Part shown: piece after piece, positions 36,069 to 48,424 of the stretch
Layout of the letters: each line of letters opens with the position of its first letter
Position numbering within the stretch: the first letter of the stretch is position 1
NCBI GenBank assembly: GCA_951406725.2
Contig: OX597815.1
Location: 91,140,001-91,204,000, forward strand
Length of the DNA stretch: 64,000 nucleotides
Direction: 5' to 3'
Source of the DNA: Octopus vulgaris
Taxonomy: Eukaryota
Position numbers and translations under genes: made by a program
The notes under the pieces: generated by a model
Seen by the model: only the letters and a program-made list of their open reading frames with translations
Databases searched by the model: none
Told to the model about the DNA's origin: nothing

Positions 36069-37049
36069 GTTGAGCAACAAATTCTACACAATAAATAAAA
36101 CAGACAAAAACACAAGGTAACAACAAAAACATATAAAGTATATTACATAAAGCAAATGTTCTTTGACTACAGAAGTGTTAAAAATATAGAGAAAACACAG
36201 CATGTGTGTTATATCCAATCATAAACTAGCATGAATAATATATCAGTAAAACACCAATGCTAAAATTTCCTTTAGAAAATAACACCTTCAAGCCACCAAA
36301 CAAATGTAGATGATTAATATAATTTAGAAATTTGTATGCAAGTATCAAAGTCGTGAACTTCATGACTTTAACTGTTATAGTGGACATGCCCGCACTTTCA
36401 TTTTCTTGTCAGTTAACCAAACATGTAGCTATTGCAATATATTACATTACTCAATACACCTTAAAGCAAAACTAGATATACAAAAAAATTGATTATATAA
36501 CTATCTTATGTAGAGCTCCAAATATAGAAAATTTATGAGTAAAATGGTCACAAAAGCTATATTAATGGCAAAATGTAAAAATTAAATCACATATAGGGTA
36601 TCCTAGCAACAAACTAAAATCAAAATCTCCCTTTCTCATTTCTTTGATTCCCACTGTTGATTCTGCCACTCTCCACATTCCATCAAATGCCAGAATCTAT
36701 TTGGCTATTACATGTCCTGCATCATGAACATTTATTTCATTCTTCTCTGAAGTCATTGTCTTTTCTAATTTCTATGTTCACTGTTCTTCTTGATCTTTAT
36801 GCTCTTCTCACGTAGATGTTGATAGAGTAAAAACCAAGCCTTTTGCTATCTTGAGTTATCTGTAAAGATTAGTATCCTCACCTTAGTTGTGTCCTAGCAG
36901 CAAATTGACATTTGTGAGAGGGTAGAACAAAATACTTAATTCCCACTGAAATAGATTTTATCCTTCAGCCTTTCAGGATCAATAAATTCTAGCATCTGTC
37001 TCTTTATTTACAATGGATGGATAGGTGTCCTCACCTTGTTTGTTGCTTC

Positions 37050-37092
37050 CATATCGTTTCAGCTAATGTACTCTCCAGCCTTCATCAGGTGT
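37050..37092 (-). ncRNA. Minimal type I hammerhead motif, mutated (left arm of IR3)
   Basis: ACAC-CUGAUGA-A-GGCUG...UAGCU-GAAAC-GAU-AUG; the cleavage-site U is substituted. Confidence 0.55.
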
Positions 37093-37216
37093 TCTCCTGG
37101 AATTTTAAACCAAAAAAAAAAAAGAAAAGAAATCAGTAAGAAGAAGAATACCTTAGGAATGAAAGCAGAGTACCCCTCTTAGTCAAATAAAGGGTTGGGT
37201 TCAAAATTCCACCAGA

Positions 37217-37258
37217 ACATCTGATGAAGGCTGGATAGTACATCAGCTGAAAATTGTG
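37217..37258 (+). ncRNA. Minimal type I hammerhead motif, mutated (right arm of IR3)
   Basis: ACAU-CUGAUGA-A-GGCUG...CAGCU-GAAAA-UU-GUG; stem III damaged. Confidence 0.55.
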
Positions 37259-39964
37259 GAAACAACAAACAAGGTGAGGACACCTATCCGTCCATTGTAA
37301 ATAATGTACATAATTCCTCATCTCAAAAATATAGAATAGTATCTGTCTCTTTGCATTCTGAATTCTAAGATGGTAGACTAATCCATCAATCCACCAAGTC
37401 AGTTGGTGCCTTTAGTAGAATTCACTCTGTTGCAAGCATTGAAGACAAGTCTCCAGTTTGAGGATTACTTCAATCTTTTGTTCTAACCAGTCTCAAAGGC
37501 CTTGTAAAATGAAGGCTTATAGATGCTGCCATTTCCTCCTTAACAACTTTCTAAAATATTCCCCTTGCTGACATGCCAAATACTCTGCATTTCTTTCTTA
37601 TCTTCAAACTTTGTCTTTACTAAACAATCTTGAACCTATTGAAGCATTCAACCAATCTTTAATCTAGGCTATGCAAGACACATAATAACACTGAACAATA
37701 GCACTTTTTGAAACATGCAAATGAAGGCCATCTGACTGTTTAGCAATTAAGAGCAGTAGACAAATGAAAAGTTGAGTAAATTCATGCCCGTTGTATTTCC
37801 AAAGGTTCTAGAAGTTTTGTTCAAGGTTATAAAAAACTGGAATATTGCAATCTCAAATACAGCCACCATAGACACTACACAGAATTCTGTTGTTTAATTC
37901 TAAGAAATGTGTTCACACTTACTTCTTGTTTTTGTGTAACTTTGTATACCATGTTTGGCAAAGAGTGATGAACTTTGTTCTGTAATGTCAAAATGCATGC
38001 ATATCTATACACATGTGAACATCTTTTTATATAATTACCACCTTATTCCATTTTGTAATAACTATTTACATATATCATGTAACAGTGTTAACTGGAACAT
38101 TATAAAGCTTTAAATGCCACATACAAGCCAGCAAATAAGCTTCCTGATATAATTCACTTGTACACTTTGGTCATTCATGTAAAGAACACAGTCACTTTCC
38201 TTCAACCTAGTTACCCTGAACAACCCAACAATAACATCTAATAAGGAAATATGAATTTTTTATATAAAAATAAACTAAAATTTAGGCACAAACAGTATTT
38301 TAATAATACACACTTGGAAAAAATTTGCGATGTTTGGTTAAATGCCCAAACATTTTGGGTTCCTATCCTGCCAAGGCCAACTTTATTTGTAATCCTTCTG
38401 GATGTTGGTAACCCTAAGTACCAGTGAAGAGCTAGAGTCAATGTAATAGATAATAATCTTATGTGGTCTTGTATTGGTATGAAATCTTTATTTTTATCAC
38501 TACATGTTTAAAAGGAAAGCTTTTTCCATGCACACACATATGCACTTACTTGCAGATACATTTATAAAAGTGTATCTAATCTCGAAGAAATACTCTCAGA
38601 GATGTAATTGGTAACTCAATCATTCAGGAATTCGTTGATGTAACTCAGATCATGTTTCTCACTTTGTTTTCTTTTGCAATCTCCTGTTTGTATTTATAAA
38701 GATATAGTGTTTTACTATTCATTATATTCACATGTTAACTGTTTATGCTAATGTGTATGTCTATGTGTGGATCATCGTGTATAACTACATAATTTCGTTT
38801 TATTAGTCATCCATCATCTAAAACCTTAGAAATGAAAGATATTATAAATATTCTTGCAATTATTGCCCTGCAAGTGATATTCTTTTTATCATATATAATT
38901 TGACAGCTTGCTATATAATTCAATATATTTCCTTTGTTCTTACACAATTTTATCACTAACATGCATTCATATATTCATCAATTTTAGTGACTTGTTCCAT
39001 TCCCATAGTTGGTTCAGGCACTCACTTAAATACCTTTGTAGTATTATATAAATGTTACTAGTTTTATTCACACTCATATGCTAATGGAGACTACAGTTTC
39101 TGCCAGTTGCAGATTGAGGTTGTTTTATATCATTGTGAGAGAAATTATTAATCATCACAAATAGAAGAAAGAATTCCTTCTGTTTCCCAACTGATAATTC
39201 CATCATAGCAGCTTCCTAAATGATAGAATGTCAATCAGTAGTGTTTTATGACATCTCTGCTAATCTCTGTCATCAACAGAAGTAACTCGATTTGATGTAA
39301 GTGCCATAATACAACGTGAATAATACAATATTTGTTTACTTTATTACATCTTATGACACTGAGTAAAAAGAATTAGCTTCTGGAAGACAAAATATGTTTA
39401 TCTTTATGTCATCTGTCTTCTATTCCATGATTCCATCTATCTGTTATTACTGTTCCAATACTGCAGCAGCATATTTGTATACATGCTTATTTTTGTTAGT
39501 TTATCTTTTTCTTTTTTTTTCCATGGGAGTTATTGTTTTGAAAAGGGAGCTAGCTCGATTGATTTTAGTTTTATGATTTGATTTTGATAAAAATGACAAG
39601 ATTAATTTTATTTCAAATAAAATTAAGCATGTTTTTGCTGTTGACTAAAAGTTAATCTGCTACTACACCAAATCTGTAATAAAATTTTGGATTCCCAATT
39701 TAGAAATATTTCATTTTACTGCCTATGCTGTTGGCACAGTATAGCCAAATGGTACAATCTTGGCCCATACCTTGTTACATACTGTATCATGCTGCTGATT
39801 CTGTCTGAGAATTGCATTAAGGGTATCTGTGTCCATGGAATACTTAGCCACTTACAGTTTAACTCAGGATCAGGTAATTCTGTTGATTAAACAACTAATT
39901 CCTCATCATCAAATGACAAAGGGCCAACCTTACTGTTTTTTTATTTTTTATTTAAAATGACTGT

Positions 39965-40272
39965 GGAGGCACATGGCCTAGTGGTTAGAGCAGTGGACTC
40001 GCTGTCAAGGGATCATGGGTTCAAATCTCAGACCGGGAGATGTGTGTGTTTATGAGCGAAACACCTAAGCTCCACGCAGCTCTGGCAGAAGGTAATGGTG
40101 AACTTCTGTTGACTCTTTCACCACAGCTTTCTCTCACTCTTTCCTCCTACATCTAGCAGCTCACCTGAAACGGACCAGCATCTTGTCCAGGTGGGGAACT
40201 TATATGCCACTGAAACCAAGAAACCGGCCCTTATGAGCCAGGCATGGTTCGAGAAGGAACAAACAACAACAA
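39965..40272 (+). mobile_element. SINE-C: tRNA-derived SINE with V-like central segment and (AAC)n tail
   Basis: A box TGGCCTAGTGG, B box GGTTCAAATCT, tRNA-like head; CACCTGAAACGGACCAGCATCTTGTCCAGG centre; AACAAACAACAAC tail. Confidence 0.8.
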
Positions 40273-40619
40273 AAATGTAAAGTGATTAAATTGACCCTCA
40301 TCATCATCATCATCATCTTTATCATCATTCAACTACAGCTAAGGAAAGCCACATTTTTCCTCCACCCTTGTAACTTTCATAAACCTGACCTTCAGAGGGG
40401 AATTTCTAGGTGGATATCTTCTCCAATGTTCTAACTATATGGATCCATGTTAGTGATAAAATTGTGTCAGAACAAAGGAAATATATTGAATTATATAACA
40501 AGCTGTCAAATTATACACAATAAAAAGAATATCACTTGCAAGAATATTTATATCATTCATTTCTAAGGTTTTAGATGATGGATGACTGATGAAACAAAAT
40601 TATGTAGTTATACATGATG

Positions 40620-40880
40620 ATCCAGGCACACATTTTCATGGGTTTGAACTGGTGTTTTAATGAGCTCAAAAGAATGAACAGCAAGGCTGACCTCAGATTA
40701 CAGAGGGCCAGAACAAATACCACAAAATATTCTAATCGATTCTCTAACAACTCTGCCAATCTGCTACCTTGACTAGAAATAGACACTCCAAAGACAAACA
40801 GCGAAATCAAACCTGACAAGGTTTGAACTCAGAATTTACAGAGATAAAAACTAAGCTTTTTCTTCATTGCTCCACCACTC
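40620..40880 (-). mobile_element. SINE-B fragments
   Basis: GAATGAACAGCAAGGCTGACCTC, TCTAACAACTCTGCCAATCTGCTACCTT, TTTGAACTCAGAA. Confidence 0.55.
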
Positions 40881-41169
40881 CTGCTAAATGCACTAGATAA
40901 CAAGCTATGGTACTCTTTCAAAGAATATTTTTTCTTTCTGTTGATTTCTTTAGGTTAAATTCAAAGCTATTACTTTGTAGACAAATTTATACTGTCAGAT
41001 GAATAAACCTGCATACTACTGGCATTTATTCTCAAAACACTGAAATATATGGAGGAGATGACAGAGGACTGAGATATGTGACACATTGTTGTAGTTGAGA
41101 AGACCTACCCACCACAACAGAATTGAGATCCTAAAACCAAAGTGCCATATAGTGTGAGTGCTGATACCA

Positions 41170-41380
41170 CATAATAAGCACTGGTGATGGTACCACATAA
41201 ATAGCATCTAGTACACCCTGTAAAATAGTTGGTGTTAGGAAGGGTACCCAGCTGAAGAAAGCAAGCCAAAACAGACTATGGAACCCGGTGCGGCCCCTGG
41301 CTTTGCCAGCTTCTGTCAAGCCATCCAACCCATGCCAGCATGGGAAACAGGCATATGTTGAAGATAATGATGATGATGAT
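41170..41380 (+). mobile_element. RTE LINE 3' tail fragment
   Basis: TTGGTGTTAGGAAGGG...CCATCCAACCCATGCCAGCATGG...(GAT)n. Confidence 0.8.
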
Positions 41381-42129
41381 TTTACTGAGTCTGCACAAAG
41401 GAAAGTGACAGTTAACCCTGACAGGATTTTTAATCTGCTTCCACTCCTTCCATACCTAACTCCTACCTTTTATCTATCTGGTGATCACCTTCCCTCTTTC
41501 ACTCATACCCCATTCACTTCAATCATCTCATCCTCGTATCAATCATTTCTCTCTACCTCTCGTCTCCCAACCATCTATGAAGCTCACAAACTATGAATGT
41601 TTGCCCTACATACTGACCCACCACTCTATCTCACCGACCCTTCATTACACCCATGTATAAATGTATAAGAGACTGCACTTCTCTATCCTCATCAACTCGC
41701 TTTCAATGATTTTCTCTAGACACTTGCAATCCTCTTCTATTTTCTCTCTTTCATTTTGTCATTCCTCCACACCTTCCACTCATACTCACCTTTATAAAGT
41801 GAGATAACCCTGAAGTTTCTGTTCATACCCCACCTCATCACAAGTTACAACCTTGTTCCTCCCTTTCTCACTAACCACTGACACTAATCCCTTCCTTTCC
41901 CCTGTCCCTCTAGCACACTCTTCCCTGATAGTGATTGCTCTTTTACACTATCCACTATCACCTTCCTACAACTATAAATTTGTTCCTTTCATCATATTTC
42001 ACTCTCTCATCATCTTGCCTAAATTCTGCCCCCTTTTCTCCCCTCCCCTTCTCTCTCTCTCTCTCCTATACTACTTCTCTTACAATGGCCACTTTGGGTT
42101 CTTTAGTTTTGCAAGTTTCAAAATGACCT

Positions 42130-42312
42130 AACTAGTGCTGGTGCAAAGGAAAAAGTGCCCAGTACACTCTGTAAAAGGATTAACATTAGGAAAGGCATCC
42201 ACCCATAAAAACCGTGCTAAAACACATTGGAGCAAGATACAATTCTCCAACTTGTCAGATCATGTTGAACAATACAACCTAAGTCAGCATGGGAAGCAGA
42301 CATTAAACAGCA
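42130..42312 (+). mobile_element. RTE-type 3' tail, diverged, preceded by a pyrimidine-rich tract
   Basis: CCCAGTACACTCTGTAAA...TTAGGAAAGGCATCCA...CAGCATGGGAAGCAGACATTAAAC. Confidence 0.65.
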
Positions 42313-44273
42313 ACAGCAGAGGAGGAGGAGGATGGTTAATGAAGAAACAAGACTAAACATTGTTAGAGAAACTTTATACTGTTTCAGAATTGAGTACAAA
42401 ACCAAAAATTTGAAGCAGAGAGGTGTAATTCATTGAACAGACCCACATTCAAGCAAATTCTACTCAATTGTTTTGCTGATGCAGATTACAACTAATTTTC
42501 ACAGACTTTAATTTTTATTTGTGTATGTGGGCAAAGAATAGAAGTTTAAAAAGTGAGATACATATGGGCCAAGTGATACTTACTGTTGTTTATATTTTAA
42601 TATATGTAAATATGTTAGAAGTGATATATCTAAAGAGATAAGAAATTAAATTGACTGTTCCTGTATCAAGAATTTAAATTCATTGCAACATTTCCTCAAT
42701 CCACCTGAGTATCAAGAATAATTACCAGATTTACCTGAGAAGTTTGTGATCAAATCTTACTTGAATCCTACCCAACCCCCTTAAAAATGGAAGGTTAATT
42801 TTGTTTGGGATATAGAAAGGAACTAGACATATATATCTGGGATATAGATGGTGATATAGATGGTGAAGTCTGCTCAAACTTAACTAAAAGACCTTGGTGT
42901 TAAATAACAACAGCAACAACCAACTTTGATGGCCGTCAAAGATAAGCAGGTATTGTATGACAAAGGAAAGAGTATAATTATTCTATTTAAAAAATGGATA
43001 CTACATTTAGCATTTATCAGCAGAATTATGTCTTGGTCAGAGGAATAATGTCAGGGCTATTGGAGGATATGAACTCAAGAGTTCAAGTTCTACTACAACC
43101 ATTGTGGTGTGTCATTAAACAAAGCAAGTGACTCTACTTACTCCAGTCTATCTGATTGGTGAGGACAAAACACCCAATTCATTCTTTATGGTTGAGTGGT
43201 TATTTGCAAGAAGGGCTAATATTTGCTTCAATATAAAACTATCCCACCAATACAAGTAAAGAAAAATTATTGTAAAACAGCAATAAGTATTGCAATCTTT
43301 TTATATCACTTATGTTCCTGTTTTTGATTTGAAAATGATAAGGTGGTTAAATTTAATTTCTTAATAGTCTAGGATTATTCAAAGAATATATTTGAATCTA
43401 TTAGATATAAACATTGCGATAAACATTTTATCTTTATCTGAATTTCCTGTTTATCCAGCTCAATATTTACATTCAGTTCACATAAATATATAGTCAGAAA
43501 TCATAAAGTGCAATCTATAATTTATGGAAGGGAATTTTAGATCTCAGGTGTGTGAGCAGAATAGTATAGTATTTCTAGAAGGGACAGCAACTGTTCATGC
43601 CTAAAATGTTTTCAGGTCATGAAAAGGAATTTTGGTCTGCCATTGAATTTGATGTTGTGCACCATTACATTGTCCTACTATAATCCAGTATGGTTACCAG
43701 AAATCCAGGAAGAATTTTGTTTCTAGTCTATTTTACAAAAATCCTTGCATTAACACTTTCACTTTATGTGTTTTAAATCAAAGATAGTCAATTTAATAGC
43801 ATGCCTGATAACTCAGCTAAGATGATCAGTTCGATAGCAAGTCTGGTAACTCAGCGTAGCAGTCCATGATGCATATCTTATCACCAGTTCCACTATGTAC
43901 CTAGAAAACTTGGTTCTCAACTGTTCAGTCTACTTAGCTGCAGGTAGCTACTTCTTCATGGTGGTATATAATTCATCACTGTAAGACAGTGACAACACTC
44001 TGAAACTATCAACTATTTTATTGACTTACAATGCTGAGTTCAGTTCACTTAGTAAATAAAGCCAGAAGTGTTGTTGACTACCACTGGTCTCATTAACACA
44101 TTGGTGGTGTTGATAGTAGAGAAGGTTACCAACAAAGTAAACATTGTATCTAATTGGCCATCTCACCTGTATTCAGAATATACTAATATATGAAGAATTT
44201 CTGTTATATATTTTCTCGAAAAAAGAAACTTAGGAAAACATTTTTAAAAGAAAGATCAAGAAGTCAAGTTGAT

Positions 44274-44510
44274 GAAAATATTCAAGGAGTGGAATATTTT
44301 TGGTCAGAGAAACAAGGTGGTGTAGCATCAGATGAATTGAAGCTAGTTCCATTTATATAACAAATTAATAAAGCAACAACAATAAATAGCATCTCGTTAG
44401 AGAGATAACAGTTGAAACAGCAAGGCTTGTAATGACACCCAAGAATTTATGACATTTCAAAGAAAACTAATACAGATGAGACAATAAGAACGTATTGTTC
44501 CAGAACTGAA
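44274..44510 (+). pseudogene. Possible Penelope-like RT N-terminal fossil
   Basis: One frame with stops: SEKQGGVASDE (cf. ADKGGxVVxD) and PRIYDISKKTNTDETIRTYCS (cf. PRIYGLPKIHKxDxPLRPIVS). Confidence 0.4.
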
Positions 44511-45409
44511 ATAAAATGAAATAAAATACAATATAAAATTGTCTGGTGAATGTGTTAATTTTTGTTCATAAAATAACAAAGGAGAGGGTAAAAGAAAACT
44601 GCTCTGGTTGTTGGTCTACAAATTCACTCAATCAACATTTGAATAGAGGTAAAAAAAGAATGGAAAAATATTGAATATCAAGCAATTTCCCTTTATTTAT
44701 TTCATAATTCTGTCGTTCGTTCTTTCTTTCTTTTCCATATTATTCTTTCAAAAATTCTTTGACAGTAAACACATATTTAATGCTCCAATTTTATTTTTAT
44801 CACACAAATTTAAGTCTTCTTTACAGGTTGGAAAAATGTGATACATATTGATTGGCATAGTAAATTGAATCTTTCTGAAAAGTGCAGTATGACAGAAAGA
44901 AAACAAAATAATGACTTAATAGAAGAAATACATGGTTCTTTTCAGACAGAATAAAGGCAAATAATAAACCATTTAAAATCATCCTTCGTTGAAAGCTCTC
45001 TAATAAGTTGACTAATTTCATTGTGTTAGAAAATATAACAAATGCTTTGATTAGCTGAGCTCTATGTGGTGAATATTTGGTGCTGCTTCTTTCATGAGAT
45101 CTCTCGTTGAGAGCAATAATAACACAACACATATGAAAGAGATGCAAGGAGTGGAAAATAAACACATTTCACCATTTTGCTGTAAGAATATTTTCAATAA
45201 CAACTTGGAATCAATAACTAAGGAGGTTGCTCACCAAGCCAAACCAGTATAAAAAAAATAATAAAATGACCATTATGAAAGAACTACCATAAACTAATGT
45301 CTTTGTATCTGTGCGTAGATGTCAGTGTGTGTTTCATGTTACTCTGAAATATGACAAATTCAAGAATGTCGTCATCATCATCATCATCATCATTGTTGTT
45401 GTTGTTGCT

Positions 45410-45600
45410 GTCAGTTCCATGTCAGCCCTGGTCAAGGAAACCTATAATAAAAAGTATTCAAGCCAAGACCATTTTTTAAAATATATCAGATTCAAATTAT
45501 ATGCCACTGTCTTATACAATAAACTCTACTCTTTTTTAACATGACAGGGTGTCATTTTGAGCGGAATTTAGCTACTATTTCTAGCAAGTCAATCCACACA
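45410..45600 (+). repeat. Old dispersed repeat copy
   Basis: GTCAGCCCTGGTCAAGGAAACCTAT...GGAATTTAGCTACTATTTCTAGCAAGTC; same family as 12478-12720. Confidence 0.7.
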
Positions 45601-46071
45601 AGAGTGTGGGTCTATATAGTGATTCAGAGTAGTTCAACAGCAACAATCCAACAATCTTACAACTTACTTTGAACAATTAAAAGAATAAAGGACATTTTAT
45701 CATCATCCTCCTCATCATCATCAGCAGCAGCAGCCTACCTTTCCCACTCCTCTTAATATCGGAGTGACCTGAAATTTTTAAAGTTTCACTTAGGTAGCTA
45801 CTTCTACTCTATCTCCTACAATCATCATCATCATTTAATGTCTGCTTTCCATGCTGGCATAGGTTGCACAGTTTGACAGAAGCTGGCCAGGTAGGAGCCT
45901 GCACAAGACTTCTGAGTCTGTTTTTCATTATTTTGCGGGAAAAATATTTTCAGTAAACAACTTGAAACAACAACAAAGATATATCTGTACAGACATGCCA
46001 GCACATGCACATGCACACACATATACATACACAGAGGGACACACATGCATTAATAAATAGCAAATAGAAAT

Positions 46072-46406
46072 AGTGGTTGTGATACCTATGCCGGTGGCAC
46101 ATAAAAAGCACCATCCAAACGTGACTGATGCCAGCACTGCCTTGACTGGCTTCTGTGCTGGTGGCACATAAAAAGCACAAACCGATCATGGCCGCTTCCA
46201 GCCTCCCCTGGCACCGGTGCTGGTGGCACGTAAAAAGCACCCACTACACTCACGGAGTGGTTGGCGTTAGGAAGGGCATCCAGCTGTAGAAACACTGCCA
46301 GATCAGACTGGAGCCTGGAGCAGCCTCCTGGCTTCCCAGACCCCAGTTGAACCATCCAACCCGTGCTAGCACAGAAAATGGACATTAAACAATGATGATG
46401 ATGATG

Positions 46407-46408
<2 letters not shown>
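46072..46408 (+). mobile_element. RTE LINE 3' UTR fragment with three GTGGCAC(A/G)TAAAAAGCAC units
   Basis: Colinear with 52100-52352 and 62040-62335; (GAT)n tail. An oppositely oriented short tail lies at ~45823-45920. Confidence 0.9.
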
Positions 46409-46438
<30 letters not shown>

Positions 46439-46706
46439 GTGTGTGTGTATATATAAACATATATATTCAAAATGTGACCGCGTGTGTACCATTGGCGATT
46501 TTTTTTTCTTCCGTCTTCCCTTCCTTGGATCTTTCCTTTTCCTATGTCTCTGAGTGTCCAATAGCACTATACTTGTTCCACATCCCCGCGTTGTTGTGTT
46601 TTCTCTTTTTGCTTTCATGTTTGGATTAACTATATATATATATATATATATATATAAATATACATATACACACACACAAGAATACATATGTATACACGCA
46701 TGCATG

Positions 46707-46747
<41 letters not shown>

Positions 46748-47039
46748 CATAATACTATTATGTATTTAAATATTAAACCACAATAAATTAAAATATTTAA
46801 TCTGCATGATAAATATGAAGCAGAAAATCAGGCAACTCAGAATAATCACATAAAAATACACATGTGAAAATACCAATTTAGTGCCGGGAGAGGTCCTGTC
46901 TTTGTTAAGCAAATTCATGACTTGCTTCGTCAGTGAGCTTTAACAAACAAGAAGACAGGTAATTGTGCCATCATCAACGTATCCAGCACCAACTCAATTG
47001 TTGAGATTTTTATGTGTGTATTTTATTGCTTGGTCTTTG

Positions 47040-47725
47040 GTACAAACACCAGCATCACCAACATCTACCAATTCAACCCTTCTTCAATTTCTCCTCTGTC
47101 AGCTAATACCATCATCAGTTCCATAGCCATTTTCTTCATCATGATTACTATCAACATCACCAATATCAACATCTCTACATGCTGATCTTTTCTTTCATTA
47201 GTCCATCCTCACCCCCTGCTAACTACATTACCATCATTACCACAACCACCACCATCTACTTCATCATCATCATCATCACCGTTATCATTATCATCATCGT
47301 TGTTATCATCGTCATCATCATCATCATTATCATCTTCATCATTCAGCCACTGCTACCTCCATCATCACCACAACTTCATCTTAAAACAACATTACCACCA
47401 CACACTTCAACCATACAGCACCAACACTACCAAACTGTCACAATCATTTTTCCACCATTTCTTCCTCCCCTGCCATACCATCTCCAATGGTTCTATCACC
47501 ATCATCATATATATCACCATTGTCTACCACCACCACCACCCACCCCTATCACCAAAACTAATACCAGCACTCTCACATCTAATTTCACCCTTGTCACAGT
47601 TACTATCTCCATTACCACAACCACCACCAACATTATCATCAACATCTAATCATCTAATCATCAACACCACCACCATTATCATCTTCAACATCATTTATGC
47701 CATCATCATCACCTTCATTAATTCT
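47040..47725. repeat. (CAT)/(CAC)-rich low-complexity tract
   Basis: Direct reading. Confidence 0.9.
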
Positions 47726-48363
47726 TTTGGGTGCACCACTACAAACATATCTGGCATTAATTTAACCCCATTACCAACATTGACCTTGGCCCCTACCCAC
47801 CACTTTGCATTGCATCTACCGTTATGGCTATCTTCTGTCATTTTGACTTCAACATAGATTTTGTATAGAAGGTGTACTAATTATCCTAGATAAGTTAGCT
47901 TCTGGTGTGCTTTTGTATGAAACAAAATGCATTCTGTCAAGCTCACTGTAATAAAAGCTTCATCAGGATTTGTAAATGTAGCCAGCTGTATGCTTTATTT
48001 AAACTATTACATGATACATTGCTGAAATCAGTAGTTAGAACTGAGAACCTCCAAAGGGAACATCTAAGTTGTTGATGTGTAATTTATTTCCTTTGTTTAT
48101 ACATAGGAGCAGTTAAAAATGACTGTTCAAAATACATTGGTGTTTACAAAGACTAAGCTCTGACAAGTACTTACCAGAAAAAGGTTAACAGAATGGATTT
48201 TAAAACCACCACATACAGGAAAATATCAAATATTCATCACAAATTACCTCATGTCAAATCTAGATATTCTGCTCACTCACTCACTTTCAAACTAAAGTCA
48301 GTTACTCACTTAGGCATTCAGTATAAAGCATTGGTTGATATCATGTGTTGATGATATATATAT

Positions 48364-48424
48364 AGGCACAGGGGTGGCTGTGATAGGCACAGGAGTGGCT
48401 GTGTGGTAAGTAGCTTGCTAACCA
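48364..48424 (+). mobile_element. SINE-A head (21-nt head duplication), interrupted by copy D
   Basis: TAGGCACAGG(G/A)GTGGCTGTG occurs twice, then GGTAAGTAGCTTGCT. Confidence 0.85.

Larger units (their letters stand above)
37006..37336. mobile_element. Inverted repeat IR3 with 16-bp TSD, Penelope-type inverted pLTR insertion
   Basis: Arms 37004-37112 and 37198-37304; unpaired 3' tail to 37336; direct repeat TAG(C/T)ATCTGTCTCTTT at 36990-37005 and 37337-37352; hammerhead cores on both arms. Confidence 0.8.

Noticed and set aside
36347-36369. 23-bp imperfect palindrome
   Set aside because: Short, one mismatch; plausible by chance in AT-rich DNA.
39965-40035. tRNA gene
   Set aside because: No proper acceptor stem; continues into a SINE body and (AAC)n tail.
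46448-46630. Segment resembling a pLTR-type repeat between TA microsatellites
   Set aside because: No hammerhead core or second copy in this window; cannot be supported from the sequence alone.
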